From: Candidatus Multivoradales bacterium
GTDB lineage: Bacteria; Acidobacteriota; Thermoanaerobaculia; Multivoradales; J023
NCBI GenBank assembly: GCA_965248925.1
Contig: CBDFLE010000005.1
Location: 1,824,001 to 1,888,000 of the forward strand
Direction of reading: 5' to 3'
DNA length: 64,000 nucleotides
The notes under the pieces are model-generated. The model was not told the origin of the DNA and searched no databases. It worked only from the letters and a program-made list of their open reading frames with translations. Below, piece by piece: positions 27,719 to 38,750 of this stretch. Each line of letters begins with the position of its first letter. Position 1 is the first letter of the stretch. A program made the position numbers and the translations under genes.

Positions 27719-30615
27719 TGAGCCTGCAGATCGCGCAAGGCTCGTTGGGTCCAGAGGGTGCTCGGATGACGGGGTCCAACGGCGCTGTCGAGCCTCTCTA
27801 GCGAGTCGCCCAGCAAATCCTCGGCTTCCTTCTTGCTGCCGACGGCAGCAAGCTGGGAACCGAGCCGGCCCTTGACCTCGGCGATTCGCCAATGCCCGGC
27901 CTCGAGCTCTCGCTCTCTGACCGACAACGCCTGGCGGTATAAGGCCCCGGCCTCCCCCGTACGGCCTGCCCGTATGGCGAGATCGCCCAGGAAGAGAGCC
28001 ACCGTGCCGAGTTCGGGATGCCCGTCGGGATAGAGTCGCTCGTAGCTTCTCCCAGCCTCTTCGAGCATAGACCGCGCCTCCTCATCCTCGCCGGTCGCCA
28101 CCAGACCTCGGCCTAGGAGGAGCAAAGTTCTCGCCACCTTGGGGTGGTCGCCACCGCCGACTTGCTGGTGTATCTGCAGAGCGCGTTGCAAAAGCTCGCG
28201 CCCCTGTTCGGCAACACCCTTCCTATAAGCGATCCCAGCCAGGACATCCAGCGAGTACGCGACCGGGATGCCATCGGCACCGAACAACCTCTCGCGGCTA
28301 GAGAGGGATTCCCGCGCCAGGGTCTCCGCCTCGGAATTAAGACCCTGAATCGAGAGAACATCCGCCAGATAGGCCTGCGAGGCCGCGACCATCGCATGCC
28401 CCTTGTCCAATACCGCCTCTCGAATTTCGAGCGCTTCCCGATGCAGCTCCGCCGCTTCGTCGAGGCGCCCGAAGCTCAAGGCCAGATTTCCTAGATGCAC
28501 CAGACTGAAGGCAACATAGGGATGCCTGTCCCCCAAGAGCTGCCTGCGCTGAAACAGCACCTGGGTATGGATCTCGAAAGCCGCCTCGAAGTCGCCCATG
28601 GCCGCCAGGGTCGCACCCAGGTTGTTGAGCTCGTGAACCACCGAGTGATGGGTCGGGCCGAGAGCCGCGGTCTTGACCTCGATCGCCTCACGCATGAGAG
28701 CGGCGGCTTCTTCGAATTCGCCCTCGGCATAGCGAAGAACCCCTAGACCACCCAGCACCTCAGCAGTCTTGTGGTGGTAGACACCCAGAAGCTCTCGCCT
28801 AATCTCCAACGCCCGGCCGTAATTAGCTAGTGCTAAATCCCTGCTCCCCAAGCGCTCTTGAATCGAGCCCATCTGAATGAAGAGCTTGGCTTCCAAGAGC
28901 TCGTCGCCTTCGATCTCGAGCGACAAGGCTTCCCGGATCGTGACTTCAGCCTCCGGGTATCGAGCCTCCAGCGTCAACGTCTGGCTCAGAGCCAATAGCG
29001 TCTCGGCGAGATCGACATGCCCCTCTGGAAATAAGTCCCGTTGCTGCTCCAGGCTGGCCTCGAGAAGCTGTCGTGCCCTCTCGTAATGGGCCAGGTTGAT
29101 CTGCAATCGAGCGATCGCCGTGCGCAGCTTGGCCTGGATTTCCGGCTGACTTTCGAGCTCGGCGACGACTCCGGCCTCCGCCTGAAGAGCGAAGTCGTGC
29201 AGGGTGAGCTCGTCGGCTCCCTTGGTGCGGATCGGATCGGCGACCTCGAAGACATCGATCAAGAGGTCGGTCACCTGGGAGGCCTTACGAGCCTCGACTC
29301 GGGCACGATCACGCTCGCTGCGCGCCACCCGCGCTTGCCAGATCGTCATCACGACGCCAAGAAGCCCAATCACCACGAGCATCGCGGTGACCGAAACTCC
29401 CACCTTATTGCGTTGCAGAAACCTGCGCGTGCGATATCCCAGGGTCTGAGGGCGTGCCGAGATCGGTCGCCTGTCCAGCAATTTCTGGAGATCGGACGCC
29501 AACGCCTCCACCGAGGAATAGCGCTCCTCGGCTCTCTTTCGCAAGGCCTTGAGCACGATGGTGTCCAGATCCTTGGGAATCAGGATCTGCGCCTGTTCAC
29601 TCGGTCGGAGCGGATCTTGCTCGCGGATAGATTTCGATAGGTCCCCATTTTCTGCGGCCGAAATATGGGGCCGCCTTGCCGTCAAGACTTCATAGAGAAC
29701 GACTCCCAGGCTGTAGATATCCGTCGCGGTGGTCAGCGGCTCGCCTCGAAACTGCTCGGGCGAGGCGTACTCCGGAGTCATCGGACGCACCTCCACCCGC
29801 GTCACGAAGCCTCCAAGCATTTCCGGGTCGAGTAGCTTGGCGATCCCGAAGTCCACCAGCTTGACCTGTCCCCGACTGGAAACCAACAGATTCGAAGGCT
29901 TGAGATCGCGGTGGACAACCAGCCGACTATGGGCGTGTTGCACGGCATCGCAGACGGCCAGGAAAAGCTTCAGGCGAGCCTCGATGCCGAGCCGATTCTC
30001 CTCGCAGAAATCGGTAAAGGGCCTTCCTTCCTGCACGTAGTCCATGACGAAATAGGGCCGACCGTCTTCGGTGAGGCCACCATCGAATACGCCACAGATA
30101 CCCTCGTGGTCCAGGTGCGCGAGGATTTGCCGCTCCGCCTCGAAGCGAGCGAGGATCTCCTCACTGTCCATGCCCCGTTTGAGGACCTTGATGGCCACCA
30201 CTTTGCGAAACGGTTTCTGACGATCGGCAAGGAAGACCCTGCCCATGCCGCCTGTCCCGATCTGGCTGACGATCCGGTAGGGCCCGAAGCACTCGGGGAG
30301 TGCAGGCTCGGCTCTCGAATCCTCCAGCGACAAGGCCTGGAGCGACGCCTCCTGGAGAGAGTGGTCGAGCAGGTCGGTCGCTGAAAGGTGCTCCTCGAGC
30401 AAGGCCTCGATCTCGTCTCGCAAGGTGCTGTCTTGCCCACAGAGATCGTCGAGAGCTGCATCCCTCTTCTCACGAGGGAGTTCGACGACCCGGTCGAAGA
30501 TATCGAGGATTTGACCCCAACGGTCTCGCACTGCCTCGCTATCGGCCCCTACCCCCTCGTCGGCAGTCGGCAAGTCCTGCCGTATTCCTCCCTGGCCGGG
30601 CCTTTTTCGCAGCAT
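27715..30615 (-). CDS. Ser/Thr kinase - TM - extracytoplasmic TPR receptor
   Basis: GTGGMG, VAIK, HRDLKPSN, DFG, YASPE; TM helix; TPRs. Confidence 0.93.
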   Translation of the reverse strand: MLRKRPGQGGIRQDLPTADEGVGADSEAVRDRWGQILDIFDRVVELPREKRDAALDDLCGQDSTLRDEIEALLEEHLSATDLLDHSLQEASLQALSLEDSRAEPALPECFGPYRIVSQIGTGGMGRVFLADRQKPFRKVVAIKVLKRGMDSEEILARFEAERQILAHLDHEGICGVFDGGLTEDGRPYFVMDYVQEGRPFTDFCEENRLGIEARLKLFLAVCDAVQHAHSRLVVHRDLKPSNLLVSSRGQVKLVDFGIAKLLDPEMLGGFVTRVEVRPMTPEYASPEQFRGEPLTTATDIYSLGVVLYEVLTARRPHISAAENGDLSKSIREQDPLRPSEQAQILIPKDLDTIVLKALRKRAEERYSSVEALASDLQKLLDRRPISARPQTLGYRTRRFLQRNKVGVSVTAMLVVIGLLGVVMTIWQARVARSERDRARVEARKASQVTDLLIDVFEVADPIRTKGADELTLHDFALQAEAGVVAELESQPEIQAKLRTAIARLQINLAHYERARQLLEASLEQQRDLFPEGHVDLAETLLALSQTLTLEARYPEAEVTIREALSLEIEGDELLEAKLFIQMGSIQERLGSRDLALANYGRALEIRRELLGVYHHKTAEVLGGLGVLRYAEGEFEEAAALMREAIEVKTAALGPTHHSVVHELNNLGATLAAMGDFEAAFEIHTQVLFQRRQLLGDRHPYVAFSLVHLGNLALSFGRLDEAAELHREALEIREAVLDKGHAMVAASQAYLADVLSIQGLNSEAETLARESLSSRERLFGADGIPVAYSLDVLAGIAYRKGVAEQGRELLQRALQIHQQVGGGDHPKVARTLLLLGRGLVATGEDEEARSMLEEAGRSYERLYPDGHPELGTVALFLGDLAIRAGRTGEAGALYRQALSVRERELEAGHWRIAEVKGRLGSQLAAVGSKKEAEDLLGDSLERLDSAVGPRHPSTLWTQRALRDLQAH

Positions 30616-30965
30616 GGAATCGGGACTTACCCCAAGAGGCCGTCGATCGCCTCGCCGGTCAGGCAGAGCATGAGACAGCCGGTGAGGTCGGAGAGGGATA
30701 GCATGGACAGAGGGTATCAGGGCCGCTCTATTGACCTCTTCATTGCGAAAATGGGGGGCTGTCTATATCGAGACTCCGGTTCCTGCGCTAGCGAATGGAG
30801 ATGGCAACGCCGGGGTTCCCCGTGCCTTCGGTGGTGCCTCCCACCGGACGGCGGTGTCCTGTGCTCTACACCAACTATGTACGCTTTCCCGCAGCCACCA
30901 ACACCGCGGTCCTGGTAGCTCGAGACTGCCGGGACAGGTCCCGGTGCTAGCATCGGGCCGTTGCT

Positions 30966-33900
30966 ATGAGCACGGCCCCCGGAACATCGATCGCCCTCAC
31001 CCTCGGACTTGCCCTAGACTGCCTGGCGTCCGCCGGCCCGCTGCGAGGTGCGGTCATCGTGGTCTCGGTAGACCAGGTGGAGCAGCTCGAGGCCGGTGAT
31101 CGGGTCGCCGAGTGGCTGCTGAAGGATCGAGATGGCTCGCTGATCTCGAGTGGGCCGATCGAGAGTCCGGCCGACCTGGCCCTCTGCCGGGTGGAGCAAG
31201 GACCCCGTGGCTCGCTCTTCCTGGTCATCGATGACGGCACTGTCTCGGGTGAGTGGGGTCGCCGCGCTTCGGTCGTGGTCCGGCCGGAGTTGGATGGCGA
31301 CGAGCTTTCGCTCTACAAGGAACTCAGCAGCGGGGCGGAGGTCTCGAAGGGAGATCTCTTGTCGCGCCTCGGTGAGCACCTCGAGCGAGCCGAACGGCCC
31401 ATAGACGCCGCCTGGGCTTTCGCTGAATCGGGCGCTGCTGCCGAGGATCTCGCTGGAAATTTCCTGCGGGCCCGTAAGCTAGCCCGGCAGAAGCGGGCCT
31501 ACGTTGGTGAGCTTTTCCGCCGCGAAGCGAAAGCTCTTCGCAACCGAGGCGCAGAAACGGACACCCGTCGGCGGGAGCTTATCGGGCTGGCTCTCGATCT
31601 CGATCGAGATCTGGACCCCACCGGCCCGGCAGTCGCGACCGATCTCGAGCAGCTGGCCCTGCTGGATATGTACGGATCCAATCCGGCGGTCGCGGAGGAG
31701 CTCTTGCTCGAGGCTTTGCAATTGCGCCGAGCGATCGAGCCAGACAGCCTCTACAGCGCCGAGACGATCAGCCGTCTCATCCTGACCCTGGCTCAATTGG
31801 GTCGGTTCGAGTGCATGCTCGAGCGCAACCGTCAGCTCTATGAGCTGTTGGTTCGGATCGACGCTGCGCCGATCGAGAGGGTTCGCGTTCACAGCGTCTG
31901 GGGCCAGACTCTGTCGAAGCTGGGCCGGCTGCAGGAGGCGCGCGAGCAACTCGAAGCTGCCGCTGAGTTGGTCGAATCGACTCCCTTGATCGAGCCGAGC
32001 GTTGTCGCGATCGTGGCCGGTGGTCTGGCGAGCCTCTACTACGATTTCGGCGACTTTGTCTCGGCCGACAGATACATCCGGCAGGCCGTCGAGATCGCGG
32101 AGACTCTCGACAGCCAGCTGCATCTGCTACCGATCTTCCTCAATACACTAGCGACAATTCAGAGCGAACGGCTGGAGTTCGCGGCCGCCGATACAACGTT
32201 TGCGCGTGTCATTGCACTCTATGAGGAGCGCAGCCCCTCGAGCAGCGGCCTCGCCATAGCGCTCAACAACCGGGCCGTTGGCGCCCGTGCGAGCGGCGAT
32301 CTCGATCGCGCCCTGGCGCTAGCACAGCGGGCGCAGGCGATGGCCTTCGACATCGCGCCTGAATCCCTGAACGCGGCCAACAGCCGGGTGATCCTGGCAC
32401 ATATCCTCGCGAAGCGCGGCGATGTCGAGGGCGCGGTGCGAGAGACGTCCGCTGCCCTGGACTCCGTCCGGGAGCAGTTTGCCGAGAGTCCAAGAGTGGC
32501 CCGGACGGTGGCGCTGCTCGGGACCTACCAAAGAGATCTCGGCAACCTCGATGCAGCCCGAGAGCTGTTCACGGAAGCGATCGAGACCTACCGGGGTCGC
32601 TCGCCAGGAGTGGCTGATCACGCACGGGCCCTTCACGGCCTGGGACTCGTCGCTGCCGAGCAGGACCGGCAGTCCGAAGCGACAGAAAACCTCTGCGCTG
32701 CGGTAGATGTCATCGACCAGCAGCGCATCGGCATGGGTACCGATCGTAGAAGCTCCGCCGGGTTCGCTCGTGAGTTCTCAGACTTCTACCACCACTGTTC
32801 AGAGGCTCTGTTGGCGGCGGATCGGACAGCGGAGGCCTTCGCCATCGTCGAACGCTCTCGGGCGCGGGACTTGCTGATTCTCCTCGCGCAGCGTCATCCG
32901 TCGCTCGACGCCCGCGTGCCCGAGGCTCTGCGACTAGGCCGCAGCCGACTGAACGCGAGCTACGATGCGCTCTACGAGCGTCTTGGGGGACCCAAAGGCA
33001 GCTCGCCAGACCAGGTGGAGACGCAGCGGGAGCTCGAAGTGTTGAGGCAAGAGCGGCTCGACCTGGAACGAGCTCTGCGGACGCAGGATTCCCGTCTTGC
33101 CGCGGTGCAGTTCCCCGTGCCGCTCGATTTCGACGCTGCCGTCGCAGCTCTCGAGCCAGGCACGGTGGCGCTCACCTACAGTCTCGGCGAGGCGTCTTCG
33201 CGCCTGTTCGTCGTGGGACGCTCGGTGGGCGAGCAACGCATCGCCACCTTTGCGATAGATCTCGAGCGAGATCGCCTCGAGGCTCTCGTCGCCGGACTGC
33301 GCCAGGCGATCATCGAGCAGAGCGAGTATCGATTCGCCGCTCGACGGCTGTGGGATGCTCTCCTCGCGCCGGCCGAGCCCTGGCTGGGCGACGCTGAACG
33401 ATTGCTGATCTCGGCCGACGGAGCGCTCAACAACCTCCCGTTTGGCGCCTTGGTCGACGCCGACGGCCGCTTCCTCGTTGAGCGCCTGCCTCTGCACGCC
33501 GTCGCCTCGGTGACCGTGCGCCAGGAGCTTCGCCGGCGCGCCAAAGCTAAGAGTCGAGCCGTCACTCGCGGATCGCTGGTGATCTTCGGTGACCCTGTAG
33601 TTGATGAGGGTCAGCGCTCGTTCCGGGTGAGAAGCGCGGTTCGCTCCGGCTTCGATCTCTCGGCGCTGCCGGAGAGCCGCCGCGAGGCGGAAGCGATTGC
33701 AGGCCTGTTCGAGGGCAGCGCGGTGAGTTTCCTCGGGTCGGCGGCGACGGAGTCCCGCTTCAAGGAAGTCGCTGCCAACGTCGACCGGCTGCACATCGCC
33801 ACCCACGGCTACGTCGACGACACCTCGCCCCTCGACTCCGGTCTCGTGTTTTCACACCAAGACGGCGATGGCGAGGGCACCAACGGCATTCTCCAAGCCT

Positions 33901-34291
33901 GGGAGATCTTTGATCAACTCGAGCTCAACGCCGACCTGTGGTGACCCTGTCGGCCTGCGAGACCGCGCTCGGCCAAGAGACCCCGGGCGAAGGCATGATC
34001 GGCCTGACCAGGGCGTTGCAGTACGCCGGGGCACGCTCGATCATCGCGTCGCTGTGGCGCGTGGGCGATGCCTCGACGGCCGATCTGATGATCGACTTCT
34101 ATCGCGGGCTGAAAGAAGGGCTGCCGAAGGACGAGGCGTTGCAGCAGGCCCAGCTCTCCGTGTTGTCGCGCTCAGACAGTGGCGAGGGATCGGCGGAGCG
34201 TGGCGTGGGTGGGCTTGCACCGCTGACCCAAGTGGATTCTCGGCATCCCTACCGGTGGGCAGCCTTCCAGTTGACCGGTGACTGGCGCTGA
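30966..34291 (+). pseudogene. exported TPR-CHAT protease, frameshifted at 33939-33940
   Basis: HIATHG lies in frame 30966-33944 and LSACET/ASLWRV/WAAFQL in frame 33938-34291; an extra TG in GAC CTG TG GTG relative to the paralog DLVTLS. Confidence 0.85.
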
Positions 34292-34619
34292 CCCCAACTT
34301 TCGCCAGTCCCAGGAAATAGGCCTCGGCGCCCGCCGAGGTAGCCCAGGAGAAGGTTGGGCAGGGGGTGGCGATCAAGGTCACGCGGTCGGTGCCACCAGG
34401 GAAGATGGCCTGGGGGCGTCGGTCGGCGTAGGCTGTCGCCGGTTGGGCGAGGAGAGCTGCAAGGCAGAGCAGCTAGGTCCAGGCCATCGTGGGTTCGCTT
34501 CTCTTCGCTGGGGGCGGGACGTTGGTGGGCACAGCCTGGTACAAGATTTGGAGAGAAAGTCGGGACGCAGGAGATCCTGTTCGGCTGGGGCAGCCCTTGC
34601 GAGGTGGAGTCCTGGGTGG

Positions 34620-36833
34620 TTAGGAGCAGCGCGCATTGGCGCAGTGTGCGACTTTGAGGTCGCCGTTGGATGAGTCGAAGTAGCTGACGACAGGCAAGCC
34701 ATCGCTGCCAATGGCGATCGATGTGTACTCCCCGACGAAGCCCAGGCTGTCAAGGGTTTCGAGACTGCTGGAAGTGCAGAGGTTGTCGGCACAGTGCGCG
34801 GTCTTGAGGTCGTTGTTGGACAAGTCGAAGTAGCTGATGATCGGCAGGCCGTCGCTGCCGATGGCGATCGATGTGTAGGCTCCGACGTCGTTTGAATTTA
34901 GACCCTCCAAAGTGCGGAGACTTATGGAAGTGCAGAGGTTGTCGGCACAGACCGCGACATTGAGGGTCTCGTGGTTGGAGTTGAAGAAACTGACGATGGG
35001 CAGTCCGTCGCTACCAATGGCGATCGATGAGAATTCCACGAAGCTGGTGTTTGGGATGATTTACTTCCTACTCGAAGTGCAGAGCACGTCAGCACAGTGG
35101 GCGATCTTGAGGGCGTTGTTGGACGAGTCGGAGTAGCTGATAATCGGCAAGCCGTCACTGCCAATGGCGATCGAGGTGTGCTGCCCGACGTCGCCCGTCG
35201 CGTCCAAGGTCTTCAGGGCTGCAGCAGAGCAGATCCGGTCATTGCAGTGGGCGATCTTGAGGTCCTGGTTGGACCCGTTTTGGTAGCTGATGATCGGCAG
35301 TCCGTCGCCGCCAATGGTGATCGAGGTGTAGAACCCGGTGTCTCCTAGGCTGTCGAGAGTATTCAGGACTGCGGACGAGCAGAGTAGGTCGTCGCAGTGC
35401 GCGACCCTGAGGTCGTCGTTGGTGTGGTCTCGATAGCTGATGATAGGCAGACCGTCGCTGCCGATGGCTATCGAAGTGTAGGACCCGACCCCACCTAGGC
35501 TGTCCAGGGTATTCAGGACTGCGGAGGAGCAGAGCAAATCGTTGCAGTGGGCTACCCTGAGGTCTTTGTTGATGTGGTCTCGGTAGCTGACGATAGGCAG
35601 GCCGTCGCTGCCGATGGCTATCGAGGTGAAGGTTCCGACCCCGCCCAGACTGTCGACCGTAGAGGTCGTCTCGGTTCCAATCGTGGAGTATCCACAAGCA
35701 ATGGAGCCATCGGCGTTGATGCCGATCAGCACCTGCCCAGCTGGGCAGGTCTGTCCGCCGGTCACGAAGACGCTCGCCTCCTTGCCGTCCAGGGTGTCGG
35801 CGTCGAGGCCGGAGCCGGGGCCGTCGTTGGCGAGGACGAGCGGCATGACTTCGACGTCGCGGGCTAAGAGGGGGTCGATGCGTGGCTCGGTGACGATGCC
35901 GGCGACGATGTCGGCGCCGGAGTGGGGGTGGAGCGTGGGGGCGAAGTCGGCGGCTTGCTGGCCGTTGACAGTGTCGGCGTCAATGCCGCTCAGGCCGGAG
36001 CCGTCGCCGGTGAGGGTGGCGGCCGCGAGGTTGCCGTCGGCGTCAACTGAGAAGACCTGACCGCCGGGACCGGTGCCGCGCAGGAGCTGGCCGCCGTTGG
36101 GAGCCTCGAGTAGCGCCGCGGTGCCTTGCGGGCTCTGCTGGGCGGCTCGGAGGCCGGCGACGTCGCCGCTAGCGGCGGTGGAGAAAGCGGAAACCCCTGC
36201 TGACCCGGCTTCGGCGCTGACCGAGGAGCCCCGCACGCCGATTGCCACGACGCCGGTGTCGGTGCTTCTGCCAGAGATGGCCAGGGCGGGGCCAGCCGTA
36301 CCTTTGTCGGTGTTTCCCTCCGGACGGCGGTATTCGACCTCGGGATCCTTGGCGGCGGCTTCGGCCGCTGCCGAACCGTTGGCGAGTTGCCAGGCTTGCA
36401 GCACTTCGAGCGCGCGTCTGAGCTCGATGGCGGTAGGCGCCGCTGGGGTGCGGAAGAAGAGCGGCTCAGAGAAGGCGCGGTTCTTCTCCCGGCCGAGGGC
36501 CCGGACCGCCCAGGCGAAGGAACCGCCTGGCGGTAGGCAGGTCTCGAGCGGGGGTGTCCAGGACGAGGTCGCGCCTGGGAGCTGTTTCTCGACAATTGCC
36601 GGCTCGTCGGGCCCAGCACCTTCGGCTCGGTAGACGATCAGCTCGTAGCCGACGGCGCCGGAGGCAAGACTCCAGGAGAAGGTCGGGCAAGTGGTAGCGG
36701 TCGTCGTGGCGCGGGCCGCAGCGCCGGGCGACACTGCCGCAGCGTCCCCGGCTGAGGCAGCAGAGCAGACGGTCAGCGAAGCGACGAGGGTGAGGCAGAT
36801 CTCGGGCAACAGGGCGGCAGCTGGTTGGGGCAT
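34620..36833 (-). pseudogene. exported fn3-like/stalk/7-repeat propeller protein with an in-frame TAA at 35061-35063
   Basis: Signal peptide, CPTFSW, GLDADTLDG; four 50-aa TSIAIGSDGLPIISY repeats before the stop and three after it in the same frame. Confidence 0.8.
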
Positions 36834-36850
36834 CAGTGGTACTCCCTCTC

Positions 36851-37351
36851 TCAGTCGACCGAGGAGCTCCAGGCGGAGGTGTCGCCGGTCTCGAACCCAT
36901 CGGAGAAAATCGTCTCGACCGAGCACGGCAGGCCGGTTTGGCGAACGACTTCGAGGCCGAGACCTTCGACCCGCGCGCCTTGGAGCGAGGTCAACGCCGC
37001 GCTCGCGCAGCCGTTCTCGACGACGAGGTCGACCAAGTCGACGACCGTGCTGCTACCCAAGGCCGTGAAACGGCCCTGAAGCACGGTGCCTCTGCCTACC
37101 GGCCCCGAGATCATCAGCGTCCTGGAGACTTGGACAGATTCCTCATAGGTCCCCGCTTCGAGCTCAACCTCCGTGCAGGTCGGGTCGTCCACCGCCTCTT
37201 GAATCGTCGGATGGCCGCCGGGTACGGAGCAGACGATCGCCTGGGCCGGCAGCGCCCAGAGGACAAGCCATCCGACAGCCATCCAGGGCAGGATGCAGTC
37301 GTGGTCGAGGATCCCTGGGGTCCGCACCGCAGTGTTCTTCAACTGTGACAT
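36851..37351 (-). CDS. small exported protein with IFSDGFETG tail
   Basis: GGAG RBS; signal peptide; PTIQEAV..GTYEE motif; ends IFSDGFETGDTSAWSSSVD. Confidence 0.8.
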   Translation of the reverse strand: MSQLKNTAVRTPGILDHDCILPWMAVGWLVLWALPAQAIVCSVPGGHPTIQEAVDDPTCTEVELEAGTYEESVQVSRTLMISGPVGRGTVLQGRFTALGSSTVVDLVDLVVENGCASAALTSLQGARVEGLGLEVVRQTGLPCSVETIFSDGFETGDTSAWSSSVD

Positions 37352-37414
37352 CGGCACTCCTCCCACTGTGTGTTCTACGGCGTGCAACAGCGAGCACCAC
37401 GCCGCTTCATACAG

Positions 37415-37442
37415 AGAAACGCCGAAGCCTCCTGGACCGCAC
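37415..37442 (-). promoter_or_regulatory. putative ECF-type promoter GTGCGGTC-N10-CGGCGTTTCT (copy 1)
   Basis: Both boxes and the spacing are identical to 38386-38413; the spacer sequence differs. Confidence 0.5.
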
Positions 37443-37540
37443 GCACGGTTTCTCTAACGTCGCCCTAAGTGGCTTGCGGCGGAAGATGTTGGGCAGGCGA
37501 GCGGCATGTGGCCGGCTCATCGGTGGACTTCCTTGCCCTA

Positions 37541-38323
37541 CTAATCGACCGTGGAGCTCCAGGCAGAGGTGTCGCCGGACTCAAAGCCATCACGGAAGAG
37601 CGGCGAGCAAGTTACATTCTCGCAGTGCGTGATCTCGAGATCCCTATTGGTGCTGTCGTAGTAGCTGATGATCGGCAGGCCGTCGATGCCGATGGCGATC
37701 GAGGTGAAAAAACCGACAGCGCCCGCACTGTCGAGAGTCTGGTTGCTGCTGGAGCTGCAGAGAAGGTCATCGCAGTGCGCGATCTTGAGATCTCCGTTGG
37801 TGAGGTCGTAGTGGCTGATAATGGGCAGACCGTCATCGCCGATGGTGATCGACGTATGTAATCCCACATTGCCGGCACTGTCGAGTGTCTGGTTGCTGTT
37901 GGAGCTGCAGAGAAGGTCATCGCAGTGCGCGATCTTGAGATCTCCGTTGGTGCTGTCGTAGTAGCTGATGATCGGCAGGCCGTCGATGCCGATGGCGATC
38001 GAGGTGTACAAACCGCCCACGCCCGCGCCCGCGAGGGTGGTGGTGGTCTCGACGTCAGTCGCCGAAGGCCCGCAGGCGGTAGCGCTGTCAAGGTTGATAC
38101 CGATGATCAACGCCTGGACCGCCGAACACGTCTGCTTCGTGCCGTTCACCGCCTGCTGGATCGTCGGCTGGCCCTCGGGCGCCGCGCTAACGACGGCGTA
38201 GGCGGGTGCCGCCCACAGCAATGGCGCGCACAGGGCCGGCCACGTAGAAGCCCACCCCGCAAAAACGGAAACTTGGCCACGACTTCTTCTAACTTGATCG
38301 GATTTGCAGCGCCCCATGACCAT
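37541..38323 (-). CDS. mosaic exported protein with three 50-aa repeats and LFRDGFESG tail
   Basis: GAGGAGG RBS; DNA repeats with 150-bp period; ends LFRDGFESGDTSAWSSTVD. Confidence 0.8.
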   Translation of the reverse strand: MVMGRCKSDQVRRSRGQVSVFAGWASTWPALCAPLLWAAPAYAVVSAAPEGQPTIQQAVNGTKQTCSAVQALIIGINLDSATACGPSATDVETTTTLAGAGVGGLYTSIAIGIDGLPIISYYDSTNGDLKIAHCDDLLCSSNSNQTLDSAGNVGLHTSITIGDDGLPIISHYDLTNGDLKIAHCDDLLCSSSSNQTLDSAGAVGFFTSIAIGIDGLPIISYYDSTNRDLEITHCENVTCSPLFRDGFESGDTSAWSSTVD

Positions 38324-38385
38324 CTCTGCCTCCTCTTCCAGAATTGTGAGACGCAGTTAGAGCACCGACCAACGCCTCAACTTCT

Positions 38386-38413
38386 AGAAACGCCGGCTGT
38401 CCCTCGACCGCAC
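38386..38413 (-). promoter_or_regulatory. putative ECF-type promoter (copy 2)
   Basis: Matches 37415-37442. Confidence 0.5.
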
Positions 38414-38535
38414 GGTCAGTGCGGCCTTCTTCATGGCCGAATATTGGAGAAGAAAGGCCCTTGTTGGGAAAAATCGCTGACCAGGCCGGGTGGTCGCGTG
38501 GCCCGGTCAGCTGCTCGGGGCAGGTCCGCGCCGCG

Positions 38536-38750
38536 ATGAGGCAGGTCACCGAATTTGAGAAAGAAAGCGCGTCCCTCCCAGCGCGGGCCCCGGTTCAGGC
38601 GGTCGTCGAAGCAGATGTCATCAAGCTGTCGGTGAAGCGAAAGCACTTCACTGACATTCTCAAGATGGTCGCTTACCAAGCGGAGAGTGATCTCCTACGG
38701 CTCCTATCACCCCACTACCGACGCACCGAGCGGGAGGGACGACTATTGGT
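38536..38750 (+). pseudogene. transposase internal fragment
   Basis: KLSVKRKHFTDILKMVAYQAESDLLRLLSPHYRRTEREGR resembles C-terminal segments of putative transposases (from recall); no complete gene or ends. Confidence 0.5.

Noticed and set aside
35061-35063. Stop-codon reassignment of TAA
   Set aside because: TAA terminates other genes here (e.g. at 27718 and 43382); a nonsense mutation or base error is simpler
37450-37497. CTCTAAC...GTTGGGC as an attC site
   Set aside because: The cores are not complementary and there is no convincing internal stem
34620-38010. 150-bp periodic repeats as a CRISPR array or DGR template/variable pair
   Set aside because: They are in-frame coding repeats without unique spacers; no cas or reverse transcriptase gene lies in the window
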